Below, piece by piece: positions 12,855 to 26,009 of a stretch of DNA of 64,000 bases. Position 1 is the first letter of the stretch, and each line of letters opens with the position of its first letter. The notes under the pieces were generated by a model. The model did not search any database. It was not told where the DNA came from and saw only the letters and a program-made list of their open reading frames with translations. The DNA is taken from assembly GCA_950097015.1 (NCBI GenBank), contig CATNEN010000005.1:1550001-1614000 (forward strand), given 5' to 3'. The position numbers were made by a program, and so were the translations under genes. The DNA is from Macrostomum hystrix (Eukaryota; Animalia; Platyhelminthes).

Positions 12855-13842
12855 CATCAACTAGCCTTGTCTGACACCACCAACTAGCCTTGTCTGACAC
12901 CACCAACTAGCCTTGTCTGACACCCACAACTAGCCTTGTCTGACACCACCAACTAGCCTTGTCTGACACCACCAACTAGCCTTGTCTGACACCACCAACT
13001 AGCCTTGTCTGACACCACCAACTAGCCTTGTCTGACACCACCAACTAGCCTTGTCTGACACCACCAGCTAGCCTTGTCTGACACCACCAGCTAGCCTTGT
13101 CTGACACCACCAACTAGCCTTGTCTGACACCACCAACTAGCCTTGTCTGACACCACCAACTAGCCTTGTCTGACACCACCAACTAGCCTTGTCTGACACC
13201 ACCAACTAGCCTTGTCTGACACCACTAACTAGCCTTGTCTGACACCACCAGCTAGCCTTGTCTGACACCACCAACTAGCCTTGTCTGACACCACCAACTA
13301 GCCTTGTCTGACACCACTAACTAGCCTTGTCTGACACCACCAACTAGCCTTGTCTGACACCACCAACTAGCCTTGTCTGACACCACCAGCTAGCCTTGTC
13401 TGACACCACCAGCTAGCCTTGTCTGACACCACCAGCTAGCCTTGTCTGACACCACCAGCTAGCCTTGTCTGACACCACCAACTAGCCTTGTCTGACACCA
13501 CCAACTAGCCTTGTCTGACACCACCAACTAGCCTTGTCTGACACCACCAACTAGCCTTGTCTGACACCACCAACTAGCCTTGTCTGACACCACCAACTAG
13601 CCTTGTCTGACACCACTAACTAGCCTTGTCTGACACCACCAGCTAGCCTTGTCTGACACCACCAACTAGCCTTGTCTGACACCACCAACTAGCCTTGTCT
13701 GACACCACCAACTAGCCTTGTCTGACACCACCAGCTAGCCTTGTCTGACACCACCAACTAGCCTTGTCTGACACCACCAACTAGCCTTGTCTGACACCAC
13801 CAACTAGCCTTGTCTGACAGACTAAACTAGCCTTGTCTGACA
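12855..13842. repeat. 23-bp minisatellite
   Basis: Unit CACCAACTAGCCTTGTCTGACAC, highly homogeneous. Confidence 0.98.
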
Positions 13843-14181
13843 TCACATGGCATATTGGTACCAATATAATTAGACCATTGCGAAATTCCGAACACGGGAT
13901 TCAGTATCCCCCAGTTTTCAGCAAGCACAAGCCTTGCCCGTGCTCCAGTTGTACAGTATTCATTGAGCAGAAGCTGTACAGCTACATAGAACAGCTAAAA
14001 TGTTAGCTTTACTGCCAATTTTTTAAGCACTACTCACCGCCTCTGCAAGTCTTCGCAGAGTCAGTGGGAAAGAGGGCCAGAGGTAGACAGCTTCGATGCA
14101 GCTGGTTTCCAGATCCCCCAGTCTCTCTCTCGCTCGCTCGCTCTCTGCAAAGCCTGCATTGTTTGTCTCAACTCAGTTTAC

Positions 14182-14195
14182 ATCGCCATGGCAAC
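14182..14195. promoter_or_regulatory. Candidate RFX X-box upstream of the WDR86-like gene
   Basis: ATCGCCATGGCAAC fits RYYNYY-WW-RRNRAC, about 630 bp upstream of the inferred leader-exon donor. Function is inferred. Confidence 0.35.
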
Positions 14196-14825
14196 TGAGG
14201 ACTGAGTCGTAGCCTAAGCCAATACAGTGTAAAGGCCTGAATTATTGAAATTCAACACAAGCCATGGGACCCGCCTGGTGGGCAAGATAGACGGGAATTG
14301 TACGGCAATTGTTATAGATGTGGTACGCAATGGGCGGATGAGGATGGCGAATTTATCCTCATTGTCTAACCCCTCCTGGGAATTCACAGCATTGCATCCA
14401 ACTGAATTAGAAAAAAATACAATAGAAACGCTAGGACGGTGAATTGAGCGATGAGCTTGACGACAGTCGCTGATTGGTTAAGAGAGACTGTACGTTCATC
14501 TCAGCTGGAGGCTTTGCTGGTTGGAGGTTGAGGAAAGGCGGCGAGCAGTTTTTGGGGGATTTGAAGCCGCTTTTCTGGGAGAGCAACTGCTGCTGCTGTT
14601 GTAGTTGCTTAGCTAGAACAAGCTCTTCTATGTTTGCATTGTGTGTACTAGTCAATACTAAGCCACTAATAGTATTGAGTTTGCCTCAGCCAAAACCGAA
14701 AGTATCCTCCTAACTTGATATCCTAATCGAGTTTAAATTCATTTCTGCACTACAATAAATAATATCTGAAGTTTACTGACAAGTCGAAATTAATTGAGCA
14801 AAAGTTGCTAACTGATTTCGTAAAA

Positions 14826-17800
14826 AGTAAGTCGAGCAGTTCATTTTCTTTAACTTTGTTGCAATCTACATTTTAGAGTTTGTCTGCTTCGTTCTTGTCC
14901 AAAGACGGAGATCGCCATTAAATCAATAACTCTTGTCAGATAAAAATGTACATTGTTTCTATTTTTAGCACTCCATCCTCCCCTATTAGCACATATCGCT
15001 GTTCCCTTTATCTCTATCAATTCTGATTGGCTAGCTAAAACCGATCCGCGTCACCAACCTCACTCCGCCACCCATTCCACCTTATCGCCGCAGTGGGCGG
15101 CTGCAATAGCAAAGATGGCGACGGGCCTGGCCAGTACCTGTTGTATACGTGCCCGGGCCACAGCGGAGGCATCAACTGCATGGCTCTGAGCGACGACGGC
15201 TCCGTAATTGCCACCGGCAGCGAGGATTCAACGGCCAGATTGTGGACTACGCGAACTGACGAATGCGAATGCATTGGAGTCCTAGCTGGTGAGAATTGAA
15301 ACTGAATTTTATAACATTCTGCGGGCACTTTTGAAACTGTTTCCCCTTTTGAAACTTAGGTCACTCCGACTACATCAACTGCATGGCATTCATGGAGCAC
15401 TACCTGCTTACTGGCAGCAATGATAAGACCATACGCAAATGGGACGTTGCCAGTTGTGATTGCGTCTTCGTATTCAGCGGGCACGCTTCCCTAATCAATA
15501 GGATCATTTGCACCGGCGATTTCATCTTTACATCGTCTTACGATAGAACCGCCAGAGCTTGGGACTTTGACAATGGCGACCTGATTCGAGTATTTTCCGG
15601 TCACAAGCGCGGAGTCTATCCAATGATCTTCATCACCGGAGAGGACGACGCAGCCAATGACGAATTCGGCATCGACGCCGGCAGGGACCTACTGGTGACG
15701 GGCAGTGCCGACTTCACCGCCAAGTTGTGGAGCTTCGAATCTGGCAAATGTCTACGCACTTTCAAAGGTGATTCCTTTGTAATGAAGTCATGAAGCTATG
15801 AGTGTTTCACGGTGAAATTTAACGTTAAACAATAGAATCCTTGGCTAGACAGTTAAATAACCTGTTAGACACTAGAACCACCTGTTAGATACTAAATTCA
15901 CCTGTTAGATACTAGAATCACCTGTTAGATACTGGAATCACCTGTTCAAGATACTAGAATCACCTGTTTAAGATAATAGTATCACCTGCTAGACACTAGA
16001 ATCATCTGTTAGACACTAGAATCACCTGTTAGACACTAGAATCATCTGTTAGACACCAGAATCATCTGTTAGACACTAGAATCACCTGCTAGACACTAGA
16101 ATCACCTGCTAGACACTAGAATCATCTGTTAGACACTAGAATCACCTATTAAGACACTAGAGTCACCTGTTAAGACACTAGAATCACCTGTTAGACATTA
16201 GAATCACCTGTTAAGACACTAGAATCACCTGTTAAGATACTAGAATCACCTGCTAGACACTAGAACCACCTGTTAAGACACTAGAATCACCTGCTAGACA
16301 CTAGAATCACCTGTTAAGACACTAGAATCACCTGTTAAGACACTAGAATCACCTGTTAAGACACTAGAATCACCTGTTAAGACACTAGAATCACCTGTTA
16401 AGACACTAGAATCACCTGCTAGACACTAGAACCACCTGTTAAGACACTAGAATCACCTGCTAGACACTAGAATCACCTGTTAAGACACTAGAATCACCTG
16501 TTAAGACACTAGAATCACCTGTTAAGACACTAGAATCACCTGTTAAGACACTAGAATCACCTGCTAGACACTAGAATCACCTGTTAAGACACTAGAATCA
16601 CCTGTTAAGACACTAGAATCATCTGTTAGACACTAGAATCACCTGTTAAGACAATAGAATCACCTGTTAGACACTAGAATCACCTGCTAGACACTAGAAT
16701 CACCTGTTAGACACTAGAATCACCTGCTAGACACTAGAATCATCTGTTAGTCACTAGAATCACCTGTTAGACACTAGAATCACCTGCTAGACACTAGAAT
16801 CACCTGTTAGACACTAGAATCACCTGCTAGACACTAGAATCACCTGTTAGTCACTAGAATCACCTGTTAGACACTAGAATCATCTGTTAGACACTAGAAT
16901 CACCTGTTAGACACTAGAATCACCTGTTAGACACTAGAATCACCTGTTAGACACTAGAATCACCTGCTAGACACTAGAATCACCTGCTAAGACACTAGAG
17001 TCACCTGTTAAGACACTAGAATAACTTGTTTTTTTCAGTGAAAATCAATCCTTCCATGGCTCGGTAGCTAATCATTCGTTAGCGAGCGCACAACAGATTT
17101 TTCATACAAGAATTTTAAATTTGCCTGCAGCAACCGCCATATTGACACTTGCTTTGCCAAGCCCGCATGGTTACAAAAGAGAAATGAATCACACAAACTG
17201 GTTAGAATCGAAGACACTGCAGCATCAGTCTACCTTTCAATTTAAAATAATTAAAAAGACGAGTTAAAACAGAATAGATTTTTACGACAAAACTGTCTCG
17301 ATTTCAGGTCACACTGGCGCCATCACCTGCATGGGCATGGACAACAAGGGTAGCACACTGTTCACTGGCAGTACAGACATGACCGTTCGCAGCTGGAATA
17401 TGGTCACTGGCGAAGAGTTGAAACTGTTCGAAGGTCACCAGGCGTCAATCATTTGCCTGCAGGTGGCTGGTAAACTAGTTTACTCCGGCAGTTCAGACCA
17501 CACAGCCAGAGCTTGGGTGATCGAGTTCGGTCATTGTACACGAGTTTTCAAAGGTCACCGTCACACTGTTAGCGCGTTGAAAGTGCACAAAGGATTTCGT
17601 GAGTGCACTTAAGGCTTTATAGTTCGTTTTTGAACGTATTAAAAGCGTTGGTCGCAAATTCAAATCAGATGTACATTCGCTTAGGCCAGATGTACATTAG
17701 TTTAGACCAGATGTACATTAGTTTAGACCGTACATTAGTTTAGACCAGATGTGCAATAGTTTAGACCAGATGTACATTAGTTTATACCAGATGTACATTA

Positions 17801-18722
17801 GTTTAGAGCAGATGTACATTCGTTTATACCAGATGTAAATTTGTTTAGACAAGATGTACATTAGCTTAGACCACATTTACATTAATTTAGACTAGATGTA
17901 CATTAATTTAAACCAGATGTACATTAGTTAAGACCAGATGTACATTAGTTTAGACCAGATGTACATTAGTTTAGACCAGATGTACATTCGTTTAGACCAG
18001 ATGTACATTCGTTTAGACCATATTTTCATTCATTTAGACCAGGTATGAATTAGTTTAAGCCAGCTGTGCATAAACTCCGATCGGATATATATATCCGATA
18101 TAATAAACCCAGACCACGTGTACTGAAACCGCTCTAACCAAAATCCGGCAGTGGTTACCTCCTGCGGCGACGGAGTTGTTCGCGTCTTCGACGCCAAGTC
18201 TGGCTCCATTCAGCGCACATTCCGCGGTCACGACAACATGGTCAATTGCTTCAAGGTAAGACAGCTCTGTGACAGAAACCCCATATCAATTATATTTAGT
18301 AACTAGAATCTATCGATAATAATAATAATTATTATTCTTATCTTATTATAAATAAGATTGTCGAGGAGAAGATCTTCACCGGCTCCTACGACACCACAAT
18401 GCGCATCTGGGACATGAGCAACATCGAGGACGATCTAAATGTGCTCAACGACAAATCCAAGGCTGCCAAAGCCGGCGCCAAGAAGAAGGACAAGGACCGG
18501 AAGAAGAATTCCATCGAGCCGACTTCCGCCGGCAGCGGCGGGGGAGGCGGAGGTGGCGGCGGCGTGGGCGGCGGCGTCGGCGGCAGCGCTCCGGGCTCGG
18601 CCAATCAGGGCCGGCCGGAGGATGAAAAAATCCTCATCGACGATTCGTTGTCGCCAAGCAGCTCGGTGACGCCCAGTCACGCAGAGCAGCCGCAGAGAAA
18701 CGGTAGCGCCTCGCAGGCCTGA
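14826..18722 (+). CDS. WDR86: WD40-repeat protein, WDR86-like, complete
   Basis: Exons 14826 (A of the ATG), 15094-15288, 15360-15767, 17308-17598, 18152-18255 and 18357-18722; all GT-AG and phase-compatible. Repeats GH..INC...TGSED.TARLW and SSYDRTARAW, plus the MGG N-terminus, match recalled WDR86. Confidence 0.85.
15860..17028. repeat. 20/21-bp minisatellite in a WDR86 intron
   Basis: Unit (A)GACACTAGAATCACCTGTTA; most units contain CACCTG. Confidence 0.97.
17665..18065. repeat. Degenerate 21-bp minisatellite in a WDR86 intron
   Basis: Unit TAGACCAGATGTACATTAGTT. Confidence 0.9.
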
Positions 18723-18849
18723 TTGACAGGCGACTCACCCGATCGATAATTGATAATGATATTTTTTCGCTACCTTATGACCACCTTCTATGACTAATAT
18801 GACTAAATGACTAATCTCAGACAATGACCCATTCAACTACCAGGGGTTG

Positions 18850-18960
18850 CAGGGGTTAGACTAGCGTTTTAGAGTGTCTGACACGCCACTTGAAGGTCGG
18901 TGGTTCGATTCCCGACTCACCAGTGGCGTCTCACCAGTCCATGGACTGGGCTAGACTACT
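18850..18960 (+). mobile_element. Short tRNA-derived SINE, family C, internally deleted
   Basis: B box GGTTCGATTCCC; head similar to 44676 and 60405; ends in CAGTCCATGGACTG. The acceptor stem does not pair, so it is not a tRNA. Confidence 0.65.
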
Positions 18961-20594
18961 AGATTGTAATCAATTAACTAAGTAAGATCAGTAAGGCTAT
19001 ATGATGACCTTACATTTAAGTGACTTAACGATTAACCGATTATTTATTTCTATAACAAAGCATGGGCCAAATCAACACATGATGATCTTCGCTTGTGACC
19101 ATTGTTACTGCTACTATCGGTTATACATGCGAATATTTGAAAAATCACATCTTTTACTCGGAATCTAAATTTACCTGTCGTGGTGTAAACCCTATATTCG
19201 GATTTCAATGTCTTACTAAATATATTTTTAACAGAATCTACTTCAAAGAAAAAGAGACTAACAATTTTCCTGGAAAGAGATATTTTTGGTGTGCCATAAA
19301 ATGCGAATTCTATTCATTGATACTGTACTTACTTTTATTCAAACCTGTCAATCTGTCTCTGATACTATTTATAATATGCTTAAAGTAATATTACTGTGTA
19401 TAATAAAGTCGGTCGTAAAACGTATATGACTATAACTATTTTGTTTCTTTTTCATTTCTTATCGTAATTTGATGTACCGCCTACTCGACCAGAAGATATT
19501 GCATGTTTTTGTGTTTGTTCTCTATGAAGCAAATACAAAAGAAGAAATTTACTCGTATTTTCTTAAATTAATAAACGGACTACGTCTCTGAGATGCCATA
19601 AAAGCGTTACGCAGAGAAGCGTTTTCTGAACTCTTGTCTGTTTTTCGAAAAAAAATCCTTTACAACTCTACTGACTAAAGTAGTGTAAACCGAATTTTTT
19701 ATTCTTTACAGTAGAACGACCACGGGGTATTTCAAATATAACCTCATTTTTTCTTGTTGTCCTTGTCGCCAGGGTCTTCGACAAGAATGGCTGAATTTGA
19801 TCTAAACTTTGATCAACGCCATAGAAAACCACAGAAATTAATGGCGGAATTTCTGACACCTATCACTTTCTGTGTCTCCAAGAAGCGAGGCATTTCAAAT
19901 CACGGCCTTATAGCTGTGTGAGAACAGCCTAGACTAGTAGAAGAATTTAATTAAATCAAGTTGAATTGCTTCAAGACTATTTGAGTATGAGCACGGGACT
20001 GGTTGAAGAGCAGATAGACAACCTCCCCCCTTAGTGAAGAGTCGCTTGCAGATCTCATAGCTCGCACGCTGGGGGTCTTATAGATTTTTCAATTTGTGCC
20101 AAACTCTGGTGGCTAAGGGCACTTGCTCCATCTCTAACACTCTGCTTCTGTTTCTTTGGGCCTTCCTCTAGAAGGTGCGAACGAGTGCATTAATAGTGAC
20201 ACATTCAAGTGCGCTAGCAAGCAACAGAACTTTCACTTGCCAATGGCACCAAGCGACGCCCAATTTGAAATGAAACCAACTGTATATATATATCTATTAT
20301 ATTCAATCTGAAGCATATGGCACTAGCTTTGTCTCCAGGGCTGCACAACAGCTTGAGGGTGCGTGGGTGAGGTGTTCTCAAAATCCAACCCCGCTTTGAA
20401 TTTTTATGATCATGCCAAGACGCTTTTAAAGTGGACGCCTGGAGCCTGGCCTCAGTGTTGGCAGCCAGACAGCTTCAGCTTGTTCTGACCCTCGCGACTG
20501 GCCGTGTGAAATTTATACACCTCATCTAGGAGTATACTTAGCACCCGTGTGCTCAATTAACACCACCATGTTCACACAGTACCTGCTAGATCTG

Positions 20595-21250
<656 letters not shown>

Positions 21251-22046
21251 TAAATGCGCTTGTCAACGTTACTACTCCCTAGCTACTTGGTAGTCTCATC
21301 TGCTTCAAGTCGCATCATCGTCATGATCAGCACCCAGGTTCCAAGCTGGCACTCTCAGCTGTGTCTCGCCCACGGCTTTTCGCTCGTCAGTCTCGCCTAG
21401 ATGGCAGGGCCCAGGCCAGATCCTCTACTACAGTCTTCCATGGCAGGCATAGGGGCAGTGAAATCAGTGAAATCTTGTTTAGCTCGCGTGATTAGGTTAC
21501 AGAGGAACCGGTCCGTCGAGGCGGCGGTAGCTGTGGCTGCATTCAACAATTTAGGAATCCATAGCTTGAGGCACCGGGTTGGTGTGACACTTCGGTGTTG
21601 CTTTCTGGATATAGATAGATGTAATATTAACACTGAACTGCCCAGAGGGCCTTTTAAAGACCTCTCACTCTCTCGATACTCTATTTAGTATAGAGCAGTA
21701 AAAGCAGCAGCAGCAGCAGCAGCAAAGGCAGGTTTCCATGGGCAAAGTGGCAGCCACTGGACTTAAATAATCCTTCTCATACAAGTAATGAGGGGTTAAC
21801 AAGCATCTCCCACATATACACTTAGGCAACATTCTCGAAATTTCCTACGACCATTCTCTAACTCAATTCATTATAAACTTGAAGACTGGGTAGAGCATTA
21901 GGCCTATAGCTATACTTTACATCTTAATACTGGCTTACAAAGTCACGCTTAAATAAGTTAGACTTAGAAAAAACCACGTAGAGCTAAATTATAAGTATAG
22001 TCAAGAATTAATGTTTTCAACCAGTTAAATTTATGCAAAAAATGAA

Positions 22047-22285
22047 GCAAATAAACAAATAAACAAATAAACAAATAAACAAATAAACAAATAAACAAAT
22101 AAGCAAATAAGCAAATAAACAAATAAACAAATAAACAAATAAACAAATAAACAAATAAACAAATAAACAAATAAACTAATAAACTAATAAACTAATAAAC
22201 TAATTAACTAATTAACTAATAAACAAGCAAACAAATAAACAAATAAACAAATAAACAAATAAACAACTAAACAAATAAACAAATA
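22047..22285. repeat. (AAATAAAC)n simple repeat
   Basis: Direct observation. Confidence 0.97.
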
Positions 22286-23984
22286 GCAAACTGGTAAGTC
22301 AAAGCGTAGCACTACACACTAGTAATAGTCTCACAATCAGTATCTTTAATCCATCGCATAGAGCCATTGAGAATCTTATTAAAAATGGCCTCGGGCTAGA
22401 CTGCAATCAGTTTTGCTTTGTTCTTGGCTTTCTCGACCATCTTCATTTTTTTCTACTAGGAGAAGCAGAATGCAAAAGAGAGTGGGATTAATTTCTCCTC
22501 CCTCGACACTCAATTAAGTTTTCCAGTAAGTCTGCTTGCATCCATTGGGATTGTGTACTGAATTGTGAGAATAATATTATTGTCAACCAACAGCAGAGAG
22601 ACAATCTGCAAAAAATGGCAACACACGGACACTGCCCGGGCCTGTCGCTTTTATTTGAGGATTTCGACTTGTCTGCGAAATTCGCCCCCAGGGCCTCCTC
22701 GGTAGAGAAATCCCAGTCTCCTACAGGGCTCTTAGAGACAGTGTATGTGGGATTTATTCGATAATTTTTCTCCCTCGTCCTGTGGCGCCCTGTTCCTCAT
22801 TTGTTGTTGTCATTCCCGCTGAGCATCCATTACTTTGCGTGTGGGGGGTTGGTGGGGCAAAGCAAAGCAAATTATTGAAAAGCATTGGTTGCCATGCCAG
22901 TCAATGATAAGGTGTTAAACACAGATTAATTCCTAATTATAGCAAGCGCCATTAAACCTATTATTACATAGGGTTAGTACACTGCACACTTAAATAGATC
23001 ATATTGTTATTGGAACTTATTCAATTTGTTACTATCCTATACTAAACGATTTGAAATCTGATCAGTTGAGAGGCACAAAACATGTGACTTGCTCTAGCGC
23101 ATGAATTGGCTCCCATTGGCTGGGAATCGAACTCTCGACGTATCTCGGCTAACTAGAAATTGTTTTCAGCCTAAAAATCACACGAGAACTTTAAATTTAA
23201 CAGGTTCACTCTCGCAGCATCTGATTGTGGCAAATTCATTTCTACTCATACCAATTTGGTCTTATCTTATCGTGCGAAATTTTCCCATTTCCCATTATGG
23301 GAAAGAATTCCCTTGGTGAGGATGACACCGAGATGTCAGCTGCAGCGTCCCTGTCTTAAATATTAAAATTGGGATTAAAATCCCCTCTCTTAGTCAGCTA
23401 TAGCACCTTCCGTCTCAAGTCTCATCGTCCCCATATAAAATCTCAGCGCGGGCAATCAGTTGAGCTGTCACTAGCAGGATTTCAGGATGGGGCCACAGAT
23501 GAAATTTGGGATTCGAGCTATTATAATTCGATGATTATTTTTCCTCTAACACTTGAAATTTTCGTTTTGTCGCCCCGGGTTTAGGAGCCACTTGGCCTTG
23601 CACTCGACTCAGCACCCAGGGACATTGTGAAGAGGACGACAATTCCATCTGATTTCTGTGCTGCCCGATCAGAATCAGGTTTTGCGGCTGACGTGACAGG
23701 GCGCGTTTGACGAAAATCTTTGCTAACACTGACTGGACTGATAGAATATGGCAGAGATTTTGCAGCCAACAGAGCACAGGGCTGCAAGCCGTGATTATCT
23801 GAGCTTTGAGAATATAGGGGGATTTTTCTCTGAAATATTCTCCCGTCGGACTCATTCTCGGAAGGGATTAACTCGAGGCCGCGGTTAATCCTACAGAAAT
23901 CAAACCCAAAAAGCTATATTGGAAAGCGTTAAGGAGTCCCTATCATTCCCTTGGCTTCAAAAATCTTTTTTATCTCCCAAACCC

Positions 23985-24337
23985 TCTGTCTCTGTCTCTC
24001 TCTGTCTCTCTGTCTCTCTGTCTCTCTCTGCCTCTCTATCTCTCACTGTCACTCTCTGTCTCTCTGTCTCTCACTGTCTCTCTGTCTCTCTCTGTCTCTC
24101 TCTGTCTGTCTCTGTCTGTCTCTGTCTCTCTCTGTCTCTCTCTGTCTCTCTCTGTCTCTCACTGTCTCTCTCTGTCTCTCACTGTCTCTCTCTGTCTCTC
24201 ACTGTCTCTCTCTGTCTCTCTCTGTCTCTCACTGTCTCTCTCTGTCTCTCACTGTCTCTCTCACCTCTCTATCTTCTATCTCATCTCTCTATCTTCTCTC
24301 TCTATCTCTCTATCTTCTCTCTATCTCTCTATCTTCT
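23985..24337. repeat. (TC)/(TCTG) compound microsatellite
   Basis: Direct observation. Confidence 0.97.
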
Positions 24338-25282
24338 CAGAACTGAGAACTAATGTGAACAATTGAGATAGATTGTGCTTATCCTACGGGCTATACCGGA
24401 GTCGAAAATCATCGCACAGCGCAGAAGAGGATAGCAAGATTAAGTAGGCCTAACTTTGCTGCCACTTCTGTGGCACACCCTGCATACCTCCCCTGTCCCC
24501 TGTCGCTCTTCCTCTGGCTGGGTCCAGTTCGGCTATAATGCATAAAAATTAACAGCCGCCGCCGCAGATCACTTGATGCAATTTGCATTGGCCAGCCGTG
24601 GCTGGAATCCGAATAAATCCCTCAGCTTTCTTCGCCTAGTGGGGGGGCAGCCTCGCTAACCCTTCCCCATTTATCCCCGATCTTACGCCGTTGAGAGGGG
24701 ATTAACTAGCCCACAAATATAGCAGACCGCACCCCTCCGGAGCTCTGGGATAAATATTAGCGCGGCTCAAAGTGGGGATCAGAGGGCATGCGCACTGGGA
24801 TAATTTTCCCAGTGACAGAGGATATCGAGAATAGGGATCAGGGGGGCGGCGTTTCATTTGCACCTATAATCCCCAAGTTAACAAACCGGTCTCGCAGCAG
24901 AGTCTGTTGCACAATCTCATTTTTTTGGGTCTCAAGAATATTTTGTCTAGTCTAATCTTGGCAACTTGACCGGGGCGACAGAAAACACGAGCTCAAAGCG
25001 AAACTGCAGCCAAAACAGGAACAGATGGTCATAGCGGCGGCCGCTAAAGAATTTTTGCTCCACTCTCGATAATTTTTATTTGTAGCCCAAAATTAGCGGA
25101 TTATAAAATGTCGGCACAAAATAATTGTGTCCGAAAAACACCATAAAAAAACTAAGAAAAAATAAATGCCTCCATTATCAGCTTAGAGAACTTAACATTT
25201 GCTACTGATAATATTTAATAACTTGACAATTCTAAAAAAATAAAATCGAATAGAAATGATAACTAGCTTAGTAGGGCCTGAT

Positions 25283-25432
25283 GTTACAGCTGTACAGTCC
25301 ATGGACTGGGTGGACTCGACGCTCTCCACATTACCCCCCCGCCCAGCTAGAAAATTTGTTCCCGCGGAGTCGGGAATCGAACCACCGACCGACCTTTAAG
25401 TATTTAATCGGACTCTATAACCACTAATATGC
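25283..25432 (-). mobile_element. Degenerate tRNA-derived SINE, family C
   Basis: GAGTCGGGAATCGAACC is the reverse complement of the B-box region; CAGTCCATGGACTG lies at the 3' end. Confidence 0.6.
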
Positions 25433-26009
25433 AACAACCCACTAAGCTGACAATAATTATAAGTTCGAACTGCAAAAAGTAAAGTACTATAAGAATTGAA
25501 ATAAAGGCTTCATATAAAACATTAGGAATATAATTCCATGGTCAGTGATATGGGCAGTATTTGAACTGTGAAACTGTTGGATTATATATTTTAGATGCCA
25601 TCTACCGAGCACAACGCACCGTCAGTGGGAAAGATAAGCTTAGACAAAATTTGATAATACTCCTATATACAATTGAATTGTCCATTAGAAATTGAATTTC
25701 ACCACAGAGAATATACGCGATATAGACTAAAATCGCTTTTTTTATATTTATCAAGTGCAATCGTGGGCTAGCTGTATACGTCCCTGAGCTGGTTCGGGGT
25801 GTTTGTGTAATGATAGATAGGCCCGTGCAGGGTTGAAGGTCACAGACTCCGCTTCAGTCGGTATTTTCCTGGGATAGCGATCTTTTTCTGAGAAGAAGAC
25901 TAGGAGACTTAATTGGGTTAACCAAATCCTACTAGATTTAGTATTGGAATCCATCTGCGTATGTTCGAATGCTATTTCTACTGGCTTTTAGACGGCTGTG
26001 TCCGCGAGA

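Noticed and set aside
6001-13842. Many repetitive ORFs (STGGSL, MGICDSDDTK, YQSISNP and similar)
   Set aside because: These are translations of minisatellites in several frames and on both strands. The same applies to the ORFs at 20547, 23919, 26135-27456, 30485, 34346, 39599, 42988, 44903 and 47676.
12855-13842. CRISPR-like regular repeats
   Set aside because: Units are head-to-tail with no unique spacers, there are no cas genes, and the context is eukaryotic. This is true for all arrays in the window.
14431-14655. 74-aa - strand ORF with Q and S runs
   Set aside because: No splice partners or family similarity. It probably lies in the antisense of the WDR86 5' region.
18850-18925. Possible tRNA gene
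   Set aside because: The acceptor and anticodon stems do not pair, and it shares its head and 3' palindrome with SINE family C.
21365-21395. Hammerhead-like core CTGACGAGCGAAA on the - strand
   Set aside because: There is no room for stem II, and no stem III, NUH site or stem I pairing follows.
21401-21688. Opposing 95-aa and 78-aa ORFs
   Set aside because: No recognisable domain or splice signals; consistent with chance ORFs in regulatory DNA.
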